This document shows, in pieces, positions 47,144 to 57,804 of a stretch of 64,000 nucleotides of DNA (the first letter of the stretch is position 1; each line of letters starts with the position of its first letter). The DNA comes from Rebecca billardiae RCC1528. Lineage: Eukaryota; Protista; Haptophyta. Location: positions 2,356,001 to 2,420,000 of the forward strand of contig OZ251228.1 of the NCBI GenBank assembly GCA_965240325.2, in the 5' to 3' direction. The notes under the pieces were generated by a model. It searched no databases. It was given only the letters and a program-made list of their open reading frames with translations, and was not told the DNA's origin. Both the position numbers and the translations under genes were made by a program.

Positions 47144-48982
47144 TCACCGTCCTTGCTCATCGCCATGAACGGTGCTGCTCGGGCCCGTAGGCCGTACCCG
47201 CCTGGCCATCACCACGGGTCGTACATGTGACGTCGTCGTTACGACGCTGGCTGTGACCAGTGGCGGCAGCTGCGATCGCGGCCGCCGCGCTGCCACAACG
47301 TCCGAGGCAGTGGCTGTGCTGCTGGTGCGCTTCCGCTGTCGCTTGGCGGCGCTCACTTCTTTGGTGCTCACGACTTGCTCCAGCCCGCGCTTGTGCGCAC
47401 CACTCCGAAGGCGCTTCATGCCGGCCAGCATGTGCGCAGCGCACCGGCTGGCGCGCGCGTCGCCCGGCATGCCGTACGAAGGATGCTTGGTGCAGCCCGC
47501 GTGATCACACTTGCGGCTCCTCACGTTGACCATGCCGGCCAGCTTGTGCTCAGCGCACCGGCTGGCGCGCGCGTCGCCCGGCATGCCGAACGAAGGCTGC
47601 TTGGTGCAGCCGACGTGATCACACGTGGGGCTCTTCACGTCGACCATGCCGGCCAGCTTGTGCGCGGCGCACCGGCTGGCGCGCGCGTCGCCCGGCATGC
47701 CGAAGTAAGGCTGCTTGGTGCAGCCGACGTGATCACACGTGGGGCTCCTCACGTCGACCATGCCGGCCAGCTTGTGCGTGGCGCACCGGCTGGCGCGCGC
47801 GTCGCCCGGCATGCCGAACAAAGGCCGCTTGGTGCAGCTTGTGTGATCACACTTGCGGCTCCTCACGTTGACCATGCCGGCCAGCTTGTGCTCAGCGCAC
47901 CGGCTGGCGCGCGCGTCACCCGGCATGCCGAACGAAGGCTGCTTGGTGCAGCCGACGTGATCACACGTGGGGCTCTTCACGTCGACCATGCCGGCCAGCT
48001 TGTGCGTGGCGCACCGGCTGGCGCGCGCGTCGCCCGGCATGCCGAAGTAAGGCTGCTTGGTGCAGCCGACGTGATCACACGTGGGGCTCCTCACGTCGAC
48101 CATGCCGGCCAGCTTGTGCGTGGCGCACCGGCTGGCGCGCGCGTCGCCCGGCATGCCGAACAAAGGCCGCTTGGTGCAGCTTGTGTGATCACACTTGGGG
48201 TGCACCAAGTCGACCATGCCGGCCAGCTTGTGCTCAGCGCACCGGCTGCCGCGCGCGTCGCCCGGCATGCCGAATGAAGGCCCCTTGGTACAGCCGGTGT
48301 GATCACACTTGGGGTGCACCAAGTCGACCATGCCGGCCAGCTTGTGCGTGGCGCACCGGCTGCCGCGCGCGTCGCCCGGCATGCCGAATGAAGGCCCCTT
48401 GGTGCAGCCGGTGTGATCACACTTGGGGCTCCTCACGTCGACCATGCCGGCCAGCTTGTGCGTAGCGCACCGGCTGGCGCGCGCGTCGCCCGGCATGCCG
48501 AACGAAGGCTGCTTGGTGCAGCCCGCGTGATCACACTTGCGGCTCCTCACGTCGACCATGCCGGCCAGCTTGTGCTCAGCGCACCGGCTGGCGCGCGCGT
48601 CGCCCAGCATGCCGAATGAAGGCCCCTTGGTGCAGCCGGTGTGATCACACTTGGGGCCCTTCACGTTGACCATGCCGGCCAGCTTGCGCGCAGAGCACCG
48701 GCTGGCGCGCGTCGATATTGACCACCCTGGGTCGACCGAGGCCACCGGCACGGCAAGAGCCCTCCTGCCCAGCGCGCTGGGTGTTGGCGATGGCGGCGGC
48801 TGCGACCTAGTCGGGCCGGGCGGGGGGGGTTGGTGGTACACGTCGCTGCTTCGTTTTTCGGACTGCTTCGTTTTTCGGACCCGGGCGATGGCGACAGTGG
48901 CTCGCTCATCGGCGGGTGCGTGGCGGGCGCGCCGCGGCAGGGCTGAGCAGCCTGTCGGCGCGTGGGGTGACGTGCCCGTCAC
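47144..48982 (-). CDS. EsV-1-7-type cysteine-repeat protein, 11 repeats plus a leading half repeat (copy C)
   Basis: Uninterrupted ORF with the same C-terminal tail as copies B and D. The listed start is GTG, so the true start is uncertain. Confidence 0.8.
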   Translation of the reverse strand: MTGTSPHAPTGCSALPRRARHAPADERATVAIARVRKTKQSEKRSSDVYHQPPPPGPTRSQPPPSPTPSALGRRALAVPVASVDPGWSISTRASRCSARKLAGMVNVKGPKCDHTGCTKGPSFGMLGDARASRCAEHKLAGMVDVRSRKCDHAGCTKQPSFGMPGDARASRCATHKLAGMVDVRSPKCDHTGCTKGPSFGMPGDARGSRCATHKLAGMVDLVHPKCDHTGCTKGPSFGMPGDARGSRCAEHKLAGMVDLVHPKCDHTSCTKRPLFGMPGDARASRCATHKLAGMVDVRSPTCDHVGCTKQPYFGMPGDARASRCATHKLAGMVDVKSPTCDHVGCTKQPSFGMPGDARASRCAEHKLAGMVNVRSRKCDHTSCTKRPLFGMPGDARASRCATHKLAGMVDVRSPTCDHVGCTKQPYFGMPGDARASRCAAHKLAGMVDVKSPTCDHVGCTKQPSFGMPGDARASRCAEHKLAGMVNVRSRKCDHAGCTKHPSYGMPGDARASRCAAHMLAGMKRLRSGAHKRGLEQVVSTKEVSAAKRQRKRTSSTATASDVVAARRPRSQLPPLVTASVVTTTSHVRPVVMARRVRPTGPSSTVHGDEQGR

Positions 48983-49145
48983 TATACGTTACCAGTCGGA
49001 TCGCGGTGCCTGCTGGCATCGTCCTCGGCCGCTCGCAGCTCAGGCGCTGCGCTGATCGGTACGCCCGCGCTTACGCTGTGCGCGCCGGCCGGGCCCAGCG
49101 CAAGCGCCTCGATGAAGGCGGCTAAGGGCGTCAAGCCGTACTCGG

Positions 49146-49808
49146 TTGAGGCGCGAAAGCGGAGACCTACAAGATATAGCGCGCGGTAGTTGCCCAGAAG
49201 GCGGCTGCCATGCGGTGGTGTTGGGGCGCGCGGCTGCGTGCTCGGCCGACGACAACGAGCCCTCTGGCACGCTCTCATCATCGAAGTTGAGTGTGTTCAC
49301 AGCCACGCCGGCGGGGATGCGCTGGAAGACTGCTCCAGCCTTCCGCGCCAACGTTGAGCTTGCCAAGCAGTAGTCGGCACGCCAGGCCGCCAAGCTCGCG
49401 CGCCTTCGTGAGCAGCACGAGGCCGAACTTGATGACGTGCGCTAGGCTGAGGCGGTGAGGTTCGACGCGGCTGAGCTCGCCGACCAGCTCGGTATCCTTC
49501 CTGTGCACGCCGTAGATGTCGCCGCGCCGAAGCCGGACAACATGCGGCTCAATGATGGCCAGAATGACTCGTGGTCGTTGCGGGAATTCAACCAGAAGAA
49601 GGCCGCGCGAACTGCGCAGAAGGAGGCGGAGGCGGCGCGTGCGCGTGCTGGCCGGCGGTCCGAAAGTTCACCAGGTCGACGTCGACGGCGAACGCCGGAC
49701 GGTGCCTGCGGCGCAGGGTCTGGAGCTGACATCGACAGTCGCCTGGTGAGCATGCTTACCTGCCCCTGGGGTTGGATGCTACACGCACGTGATGTCTGGA
49801 ATGTATGA
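49146..49808 (+). pseudogene. Decayed coding remnant with in-frame stops (coiled-coil-like), possibly transposon-derived
   Basis: One frame reads ..FRANVELAKQ*SARQAAKLARLREQHEAELDDVR*AEAVRFDAAELADQLGILPV.. through two TAG stops. Confidence 0.4.
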
Positions 49809-50342
49809 TGCCGTCAGCCCGACTCAAATGGCCTACCAGGCCGCAGCTGCTAGCAGACTCCGCGTGCATGCTGACTGAGAGCATGCGGTCCGAAAGTGGT
49901 CGACGGTGCCCGCGGCGGCGCAGCCGAGCTGCCGTCTGGGCGGCTAGCGCGGAAGCTGAGTGAGCATGTTCGTCCGTTCCTGAGGTGGTCTACTGCATGT
50001 ATGTTATGTCTAGAATGCATGATGCCGTTAGCCCGACTCACACGGCTCACCAGGCAGCGGCTCTGACTCGGCGCGCGCGCTGAGAGCCCGCGGGTCCGAA
50101 AGTTGAAGCATGCCGTCGGCGGCCCCGTCGTGGACCTCGTGGCGTCCGTGGGGCACATGGTAGTGGAACAAAGTCGTCTAAATGGTACATAGCCGCTGGG
50201 TTGTACCTCAGGCACACCCTGGGGGTGCCGCCAGACGCGATCTCGAGCGCCGCAGACCCCCGGGGGCGCCGCCGCCATCGTGCACAAAAAGTGAACAGCA
50301 ATCGGGTCCGAAAGTTGAAGCAGCGACCTGTAAGGATTTTGA

Positions 50343-50436
50343 TATTTTCCGAAAAATCGGCGGCCGCTTACCTCTGAAAATCGCGGGACTATTTTCCGAA
50401 AAATCGGCGGCCGCTTACCTCTGAAAATCGCGGGAC
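50343..50436. repeat. 47-bp tandem duplication
   Basis: tattttccgaaaaatcggcggccgcttacctctgaaaatcgcgggac x2. Confidence 0.92.
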
Positions 50437-50438
50437 TG

Positions 50439-51037
50439 TGACGACGTCCGGACGACGACAACAACGACATCCGCCATGGGGACCAACATCAACGCGCTCA
50501 CACCACTGCCACTGCTGCAAGCTTCGACCAGTACCACTACAGACGAATCAGGAGAGCTGCGCCCTCGTGCCTGTGTCTTTAAATCATAGAATTGGTCTAC
50601 TAACTTCGGCGAGTCCAACTACTACCAACTTCGGCGAGTCCAACTACTACTAACTCAGGCGAGTCCAACTGTTACTACTAACTTCGGCCACAACATCATC
50701 CACCAGCTGCTGACCAAGAACAGGCTACACCATCGTCCACCATGACCTGCCACTGACCAAGTAGGCGACGACATCATCCGCACCAGCTGCTGACCAAGTA
50801 GGGGACGGCCTGGCCGACGCCAACATGCTCACTCGCCTTTGATTTCGTACCCATGCACTTCCTGGTGGGCCTGACGACGTCCGGACGACGACAACAACGA
50901 CATCCGCCATGGGGACCAACATCAACGCGCTCACAGTCACACCACTGCCACTGCTGCAAGCTTCGACCAGTACCACTACAGACGAATCAGGAGAGCTGCG
51001 CCCTCGTGCCTGTGTCTTTAAATCATAGAATTGGTCT
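50439..51037. repeat. ~160-bp direct repeats (50439-50598, 50872-51037) enclosing a 25-bp minisatellite (~50599-50690)
   Basis: tgacgacgtccggacgacgacaac...tttaaatcatagaattggtct twice, and actaacttcggcgagtccaactact about 3.5 times between them. Confidence 0.88.
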
Positions 51038-51087
51038 GTGGTACGTCAATCACGCCTTCACCAAGTGTGCACGTTAAAACATAGTAA

Positions 51088-52391
51088 ACTGCAGTCATGT
51101 TGTACCCCTGCCACTGTGTCCTTCTGTGGGGCCTTCTGAGTCTGATCAGGTTGCACCTCCCCCCCCCCTGCAGCGTCTGGCGCCCCGAGGTGGTAGCCCC
51201 CCCCCCCCTGCCCCGGAAGTCCGGGGGCGCCAGCCCCCGGACCCACAGCGGGGGGTCCGGGGGGCCTCCCCCGGGGCCCCGCCGGCCCGAGTCGAAGAAA
51301 ATTTTTGGCCGCCCTTTTTGGCGTGCAAAGGTTTCTATGAGGACAGCATACAACATCCAGGTGCAGCACCCTCCCCGTGTGGTGTCAGAGCGCGCTCCCG
51401 AGCGCGTGCCTCCGAGCGCGGGGCGGCCGCTTGCTGCAATGGCCGCCTCGATGAGGTGCGGCAACGCGCCCCTCACCTGCCTGCGCCGGTCTGTTTTGTG
51501 GCGGTGTCTTTGTGCAGTGTTGGATGGCGTCAATCACGCCTTAACCAAGTGTGCACGTTAAAACATAGTAAACTGTAGCCGAAGGCGCGCGCGCTCTGAT
51601 CGAGACGATGGCGGCGCTGGATTCCCCCGCGGCCCCCGGCGCCCGGCCAAGCGTGCGTTGTGCGCGTACGTGCAACGGAGAGCGCTGGTGGGCTGGCAGC
51701 GCGCTGGCACGCCACGTGCCTTCGTGCTACGGTCCGTGCTCAATCCAACCGCGACGGCAGGCGGACGCGGTGGCGCGGCGGCCGCGCCGCTCCCGGTTGC
51801 TGGCTTGGTCAGCCCAGAGCGCAACCGGTTGCGCTCGCCACGCGGTGGCATGGTGGCCGAGCTTGCGGGCCGGCGAGGGGCGTCTGCTTCGGAGTAGGTG
51901 CGTCGCGAGCAGCGACGCGCCGACCGCCCTAGGCAGGGTGCCGCTCGTGCAGTCGGCGGCCGAGTCCCAGTCGGGAGTGACGAGCATCCGAGGCCGAGCA
52001 GTCCGTAGACGTCACGGTCGGCCGCGCCGACACGAGGCACGCGCGGTGCGCTCGGCGCGATGGCCCCCGCTTAGGCGGATATCATGAGATGGCGGATGGG
52101 TGATGAAGACTACTGCTATGAAGGCCAGTCATTGCGCCGCAGGCGCGCTCTGCAGAGCTCTGGGACCACTTCCTGCACTGCGACGGCCTGCCCGGGCCCG
52201 CGGCGCGCGCCTGCCGCAGCACCCAATGGGCCTGCTCAATCGGGGTGCGAGCACCCCCCCCCTGCAGCCCGCCAGCCTGAGCTTGAGCAGGTTGCACCCC
52301 CCCCCCCCCTGCTGCCCATCAGCCCTTCGAGCAGGGTGCACCCCCCCCCCCCACAGAAGGACATGGGGGGGTGCTTCAACATGACTGCAGT
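51088..52391. mobile_element. 1.3-kb TIR element
   Basis: actgcagtcatgttg (51088-51102) / caacatgactgcagt (52377-52391), plus subterminal inverted tgtccttctgtgggg / ccccacagaaggaca and poly-C/G tracts near both ends. TSD not resolvable. Confidence 0.7.
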
Positions 52392-52392
52392 A

Positions 52393-55300
52393 TGGCGGAC
52401 GCGATCGGCGATCCATGCCGCACGACGGTGATGGCCGCGCCGGGGGAGGACGCGGGACCGGAGGTGCAAGCAGGCCGCAGCTGCGATTGTTGCGTTGATG
52501 GGACGGGCGGCGCGGCGGCCAATGCGCCGGCCCATGATCCGGGCGATACCCGGATGTCGAGACCGGGGCACAAGTTCCCGAGCGGGTGCCGTAGGAGAAT
52601 CAGCACCTGCTCACACGTAGCGAGCATTGCCCTTGGTCTTGTTCGCGCGGGGATCAACCTGGCCCACAGCTTCGCGATGCTGCGCACTGTGGGCCAGGTG
52701 GTGCAGGCTTTCCAGTTCGCTGAACTCAAGAGGACTGCTCGCACTGCCAAGGCTTGGGCCTGTACCGCATTGGTGCTCGGCGGACCTGATCCAAAGCCAC
52801 AGCTGTGGTTTGACCTCGCGGGCGTACATGGCAAGACTGTATGGTCGCAAGGCCATCGATGTGAACGTGTGCACGGCACCACTCTGCCATGCTTCAATTC
52901 GTCTGGGTCGAGCTGAGGGCAATCATTCGTGCCCGGAGCATCTGTCAGGCGCGCGTGCATGCATGCGCGCTGCGCGCCGCGCTGCGGCCCGCGGCTACAG
53001 CTCCTGTCACCTTAGCAGATATCTAATGCTGACCACCCCTTTGCGCATCCTGCAGTAGGCTGTGACAGGTGGGCCTTCCGCGACTGCGCCCATCGTCATC
53101 ATGTCGCCGTGATCATCTGTCAGCAGCTGATCGTGGAGTCGTCTGCAGCTGGTCAGACTGTCCGCCCGTCCGGGCCCGGCCTCAGGCTCAGGCTGCTCTC
53201 GATCGGGCTGGCGCCGAGCTCAAGTGCTAATCTTCGGCTCACACGTAGTCACATATCCGGTGGCGGATGGCAGCAGTGGGAGAAACAAGTCTCACACGCA
53301 GGCTCAGCTAATGGCCGCCGAGGCCAGCAGCGCGTCAAAATCGTCAGTAGTAGTGTAGCATCCTCGTCAACGGTCAGCGACTACTCATACTCATAGTCAT
53401 ACACATACTGCATCCAGTCGACTCGTCCTCAGCTGCCGGTTGCGCCTAGGAGCGGGCGCAGCGTCGCCCTGGCGACCTCAACTGCAGGCCAATCGCGTCG
53501 GGCGGCAGCGGGGGCAGCATGACGAACGCCAAGTCGACGAGTGCGAGATTTGCCGCTGGCGCCTCGCCCGCCGCTCGCCGCGCAGCACTCTCAGGGATGA
53601 CTGCCGGCAGCGCGCGCAGCTCTGAGCTCACCGGCGATCAGCGCGCGCAGCTCATACGCGCGCGCTGACCGGTTAGCGTGCCCGCGCCCATCGCGCGGAC
53701 GAGCGCGGCGTAGGCCGAGAGCAGTGCGGCTCTCCGCACGTACGTGTGCTTCGCCAAGCCCCGCGCGAGCTCGAGCTACACGCCGTGCGCAAGCAGCTCA
53801 ACCGCATCACGCTTGAGAGGCACTACGCGACAGAACGCAGAGGTCGGTGAGGCTTTCAGAGCGGCGCTCACTGAGGCGGCTTGCGCAGGGCGTAGCTCGG
53901 CGAAGCGCTACTGGAGATGAATACCTGTCCCCGAGACGCAAGCCACGACATGTCTGTCAACTGGGACAGCACACTGAGGGAAGCATCAGCTGCGAGGTCA
54001 GGGTGTCTACTCGGCCAGACATCTGCCAGTAGAACGCCTCGCGCCCCACCTTCGTGCCAGCTGGGCCGAGCAGGTAGCAGCAAGAGTTCGCGCAGTACGG
54101 CATGGCAGCGTCCACGAACGGCGAGAGGGTCGCCCAACCGCCATGTACTTGGGTCGACAGCTCGGGGCACGCGCTGAACGATTGGAAATGTACTTCTGCG
54201 TGAACGGCAGCTTGCGCGCCTGCTTGCCCGCGGCAGGAGCAAGCACGACGGCGGCGCACGCAACAAGGAACGTCAGCACGCTCATGGCAAATGTTTGCCG
54301 TCCTCCGCCTCGCCGCTCGCATCCGAATCGCGGCCGATTCGGCGACGTGCAGATGCCCACGATAAAGACTGGCCGCGGATGGACCTCAGGATGGAGGCCG
54401 TTTTGAACGCGCTCGCGCGCGGCGAGGTGAAGCGTGCAGGGGCGTTAGGCGCGGTGGGCCCCTCGAGGGCGTCAAGATGGACCGCGCCCAAGCGGATGTC
54501 GCCCCCTGGAGCGGCCTCTCCGCGCCGTGCGAGGCCGCGGCGCGCGGGCGGTACACGACCTCCTGTCTGACGGCCGAAGGTACGAGTGGTCGGCTCCCCT
54601 GTGCGCCTGCCAGCGGGCGAAGTCAGCGGCAGAGCGGCCGGGAGCCCGCCATTTCCGCAAACGTGGCAAAATGTTAATTTTCGTGTGGTTTTGCGGGCAA
54701 CGACCACTCGTACCTCGGGCCGTCAGGAAAAGCAGTAAAGCTATGGGAGTGTCGATCGCCACATCGGCCAGTCTTTATGGCGACCCCCGGCGAGCGCTCG
54801 GCCGCCCGGCTGGAAGCCCTATGTGCGACGCGCTCCAAGTACCCGCATGCTATTCACACATAGGAGCGGCCTTCATACGCGACGGGCGTGTTGAATAGCC
54901 GCTGCCTCCATAGGCGCGCGCTCAAAATAGCGCGCGCAGGTGAAACGCCAAACGGCAAAATCTGTCCGCGGGACAGATTTAAGATTTTGCTCCCGGGCCT
55001 ACCACCACAGCAGCCTGACCACCAAACCCGCGGCCCGAGTAGTGCGATCACCCACTCTTACCGTTCTTCCCTTCGGCTGGGGCTCGATCAGTCGACGCGG
55101 CGTCGCTCATGAACAGCGCAGGCACAGATGGCAGGCACCGCAGGCAGGTGTTTGGCGCGGCTGCACTCTCGAGGTGGCTGGGATACAACATCCAGGTGCA
55201 GCACCCTCCCCGCGTGGTCGGTCAGAGCGCTCTCTCGAGCGCGTGCCTCCGAGCGCGAGGCGGCCGCTTGCTGCAATGGCCGCCTCGATGAGGTGCGGCA

Positions 55301-55504
55301 ACGCGCCCCTCACAGTCACCGACACCTCAGTCCTCACTATGACAGCCTGCCTGGCGCCGGTCTGTTTCAGTGTGGGGGTGTCTTTGTCGGCAGCAGTGTT
55401 GGATGGCGCCCGTCAATCATCACGCGCCTTATAACAGTAATATCTGTCATCAAGTACGTGCACTCGTTAAAACATAGTAAACTGTATAGCTAATAGCGTC
55501 GTCG

Positions 55505-55507
<3 letters not shown>
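52393..55507. repeat. 3.1-kb direct repeat block B, copy 2
   Basis: Near-identical to 41063-44175. Confidence 0.95.
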
Positions 55508-55569
<62 letters not shown>

Positions 55570-55580
55570 GATATATATAT
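55508..55580. repeat. (TA)n microsatellite
   Basis: Directly visible. Confidence 0.95.
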
Positions 55581-55900
55581 GTGCCCCCGGCAGTGAGTCA
55601 GTGCAGGCCGACGCTCAGTGACCGATGCCAGTCATGCCGAGCCGGAGCGGCAGCCTGGCAGCCGGCGCGCTGCTCATCGGCGGACAAAGTGGCACGCTGA
55701 CCAGCTTTCAAGACTGTGTGGCTGCATGCTGCGCAGCGGCGGCGCCCGGCCCGCGCCTGCGATCGAGTGGCGGCCGTGCGGGAACGGTCGGCCCGAGTTG
55801 CCAGTTGGTTGCTGCCGCGGAGCGAGGCCGCACAGCGAGCGAGCGGGGCCCAGCAACCTCGTCCGTGTCACTCATCGGCTCACTGAGACTTCACGGCCGC

Positions 55901-56938
55901 TCACCGTCCTTGCTCATCGCCATGAACGGTGCTGCTCGGGCCCGTAGGCCGTACCCGCCTGGCCATCACCACGGGTCGTACATGTGACGTCGTCGTTACG
56001 ATGCTGGCTGTGACCAGTGGCGGCAGCTGCGATCGCGGCCGCCGCGCTGCCACAACGTCCGAGGCAGTGGCTGTGCTGCTGGTGCGCTTCCGCTGTCGCT
56101 TGGCGGCGCTCACTTCTTTGGTGGTCACGACTTGCTCCAGCCCGCGCTTGTGCGCACCACTCCGAAGGCGCTTCATGCCGGCCAGCATGTGCGCAGCGCA
56201 CCGGCTGGCGCGCGCGTCGCCCGGCATGCCGTACGAAGGCTGCTTGGTGCAGCCGACGTGATCACACGTGGGGCTCCTCACGTCGACCATGCCGGCCAGC
56301 TTGTGCGTGGCGCACCGGCTGGCGCACGCGTCGCCCGGCATGCCGAAGTAAGGCTGCTTGGTGCAGCCGACGTGATCACACTTGCGGCTCCTCACGTTGA
56401 CCATGCCGGCCAGCTTGTGCTCAGCGCACCGGCTGGCGCGCGCGTCGCCCGGCATGCCGAACGAAGGCTGCTTGGTGCAGCCGACGTGATCACACGTGGG
56501 GCTCTTCACGTCGACCATGCCGGCCAGCTTGTGCGTGGCGCACCGGCTGGCGCGCGCGTCGCCCGGCATGCCGAAGTTAGGCCCCTTGGTGCAGCCGACG
56601 TGATCACACGTGGGGCTCCTCACGTTGACCATGCCGGCCAGCTTGTGCGTGGCGCACCGGCTGGCGCGCGCGTCGCCCGGCATGCCGTACGAAGGCTCCT
56701 TGGTGCAGCCCGCGTGATCACACTTGCGGCTCCTCACGTCGACCATGCCGGCCAGCTTGTGCTCAGCGCACCGGCTGGCGCGCGCGTCGCCCAGCATGCC
56801 GAATGAAGGCCCCTTGGTGCAGCCGGTGTGATCACACCTGGGACGCTTCCGGTCGACCATGCCGGCCAGCTTGCGCGCAGAGCACCGGCTGGCGCGCGTC
56901 GATATCGACCACCCTGGGTCGACCGAGGCCACCGGCAC
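55901..56938 (-). CDS. EsV-1-7-type cysteine-repeat protein, 6 repeats plus a leading half repeat (copy D)
   Basis: Uninterrupted ORF, same N-flank and C-tail as copy B but different variable residues. GTG start listed. Confidence 0.78.
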   Translation of the reverse strand: MPVASVDPGWSISTRASRCSARKLAGMVDRKRPRCDHTGCTKGPSFGMLGDARASRCAEHKLAGMVDVRSRKCDHAGCTKEPSYGMPGDARASRCATHKLAGMVNVRSPTCDHVGCTKGPNFGMPGDARASRCATHKLAGMVDVKSPTCDHVGCTKQPSFGMPGDARASRCAEHKLAGMVNVRSRKCDHVGCTKQPYFGMPGDACASRCATHKLAGMVDVRSPTCDHVGCTKQPSYGMPGDARASRCAAHMLAGMKRLRSGAHKRGLEQVVTTKEVSAAKRQRKRTSSTATASDVVAARRPRSQLPPLVTASIVTTTSHVRPVVMARRVRPTGPSSTVHGDEQGR

Positions 56939-57045
56939 GGCAAGAGCCCTGCCCAGCGCGCTGGGTGTTGGCGATGGCGGCGGCGGCTGCGATGATGAAC
57001 AGTGCGATCAATCAATCTATTCTTCATTCTTCATCTTCGTCTAGT

Positions 57046-57415
57046 TCTTCCTTTCGGCTGGGGCTCGATCATAGTGACATAGTCGACGCGGCGTCGCTCA
57101 CGACAGCGCGGGCAAGGGTGGTCGCGCAGGCAGGTGTTTGGCGCGGCTGCACTCTCGAGGTGGCTGGGATACAACATCCAGGTGCAGCACCCTCCCCGTA
57201 TGGTGTCAGAGTGCGCTCTCGAGCGCGTGCCTCCGAGCGCGGGGCGGCCGCTTGCTGCAATCAGCAATGGCCGCCTCGATGAGCCGTGCAGTGTGACAAC
57301 GCGTCCCTCACCTCGGCCTCGGGCCTGCGCCGGTCTGTTGACTACTGTTTCAATTAAGTGTGGCGGCGGTGTCTGCTTTGTGCAGTGTTGGATGGCGCCG
57401 TCAAGCACGCCTTCA
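57046..57415. repeat. Diverged copy of the terminal ~0.4 kb of block B
   Basis: Homologous to 43732-44100, 51347-51545 and 55066-55430 (cggctggggctcgatca...ggatacaacatccaggtgcagcaccctccccg...gcagtgttggatggcg). Confidence 0.85.
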
Positions 57416-57804
57416 GTGAGTCCGAAGTCATCGGCAGCCACTACATACATCACTGCAACCCGCAACTCCGCAGGGCCCGGCAAGGCCAAGGCGAGCCATC
57501 CTGCTCGCCGCCAGCCCGTCATGCAGCTCCACGAGGAGCACAAATCGACAGCCGGCCGCTCTGGAGTTCTGCACGACCCTGTCCCTGATGCGCGAACCGG
57601 TTAGACGGGACTGGCTGGATGAAGCGGTGTCGCCCCGGTCGGACGAGCCGCGCCGGCGGCCGGGCGGGTCCGGCGGCGGCAGCGGCAGGCTGCCATGCCG
57701 CTCTCGCTCGAGGCCGGTGCCGCTGCCACCCACGCCCGTGTTGGCGGCCGTTGCGTCGTTGGCCAAGGGCGGGCGGCACCTCTGGGGGCAGCGGGGAAGA
57801 GCAC

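Noticed and set aside
47420-48670. CRISPR-like reading of the 114-bp repeats, or of the 25-bp repeats at 50.6 kb
   Set aside because: The units are contiguous with no unique spacers, the 114-bp units are in-frame coding, the context is eukaryotic and there are no cas genes.
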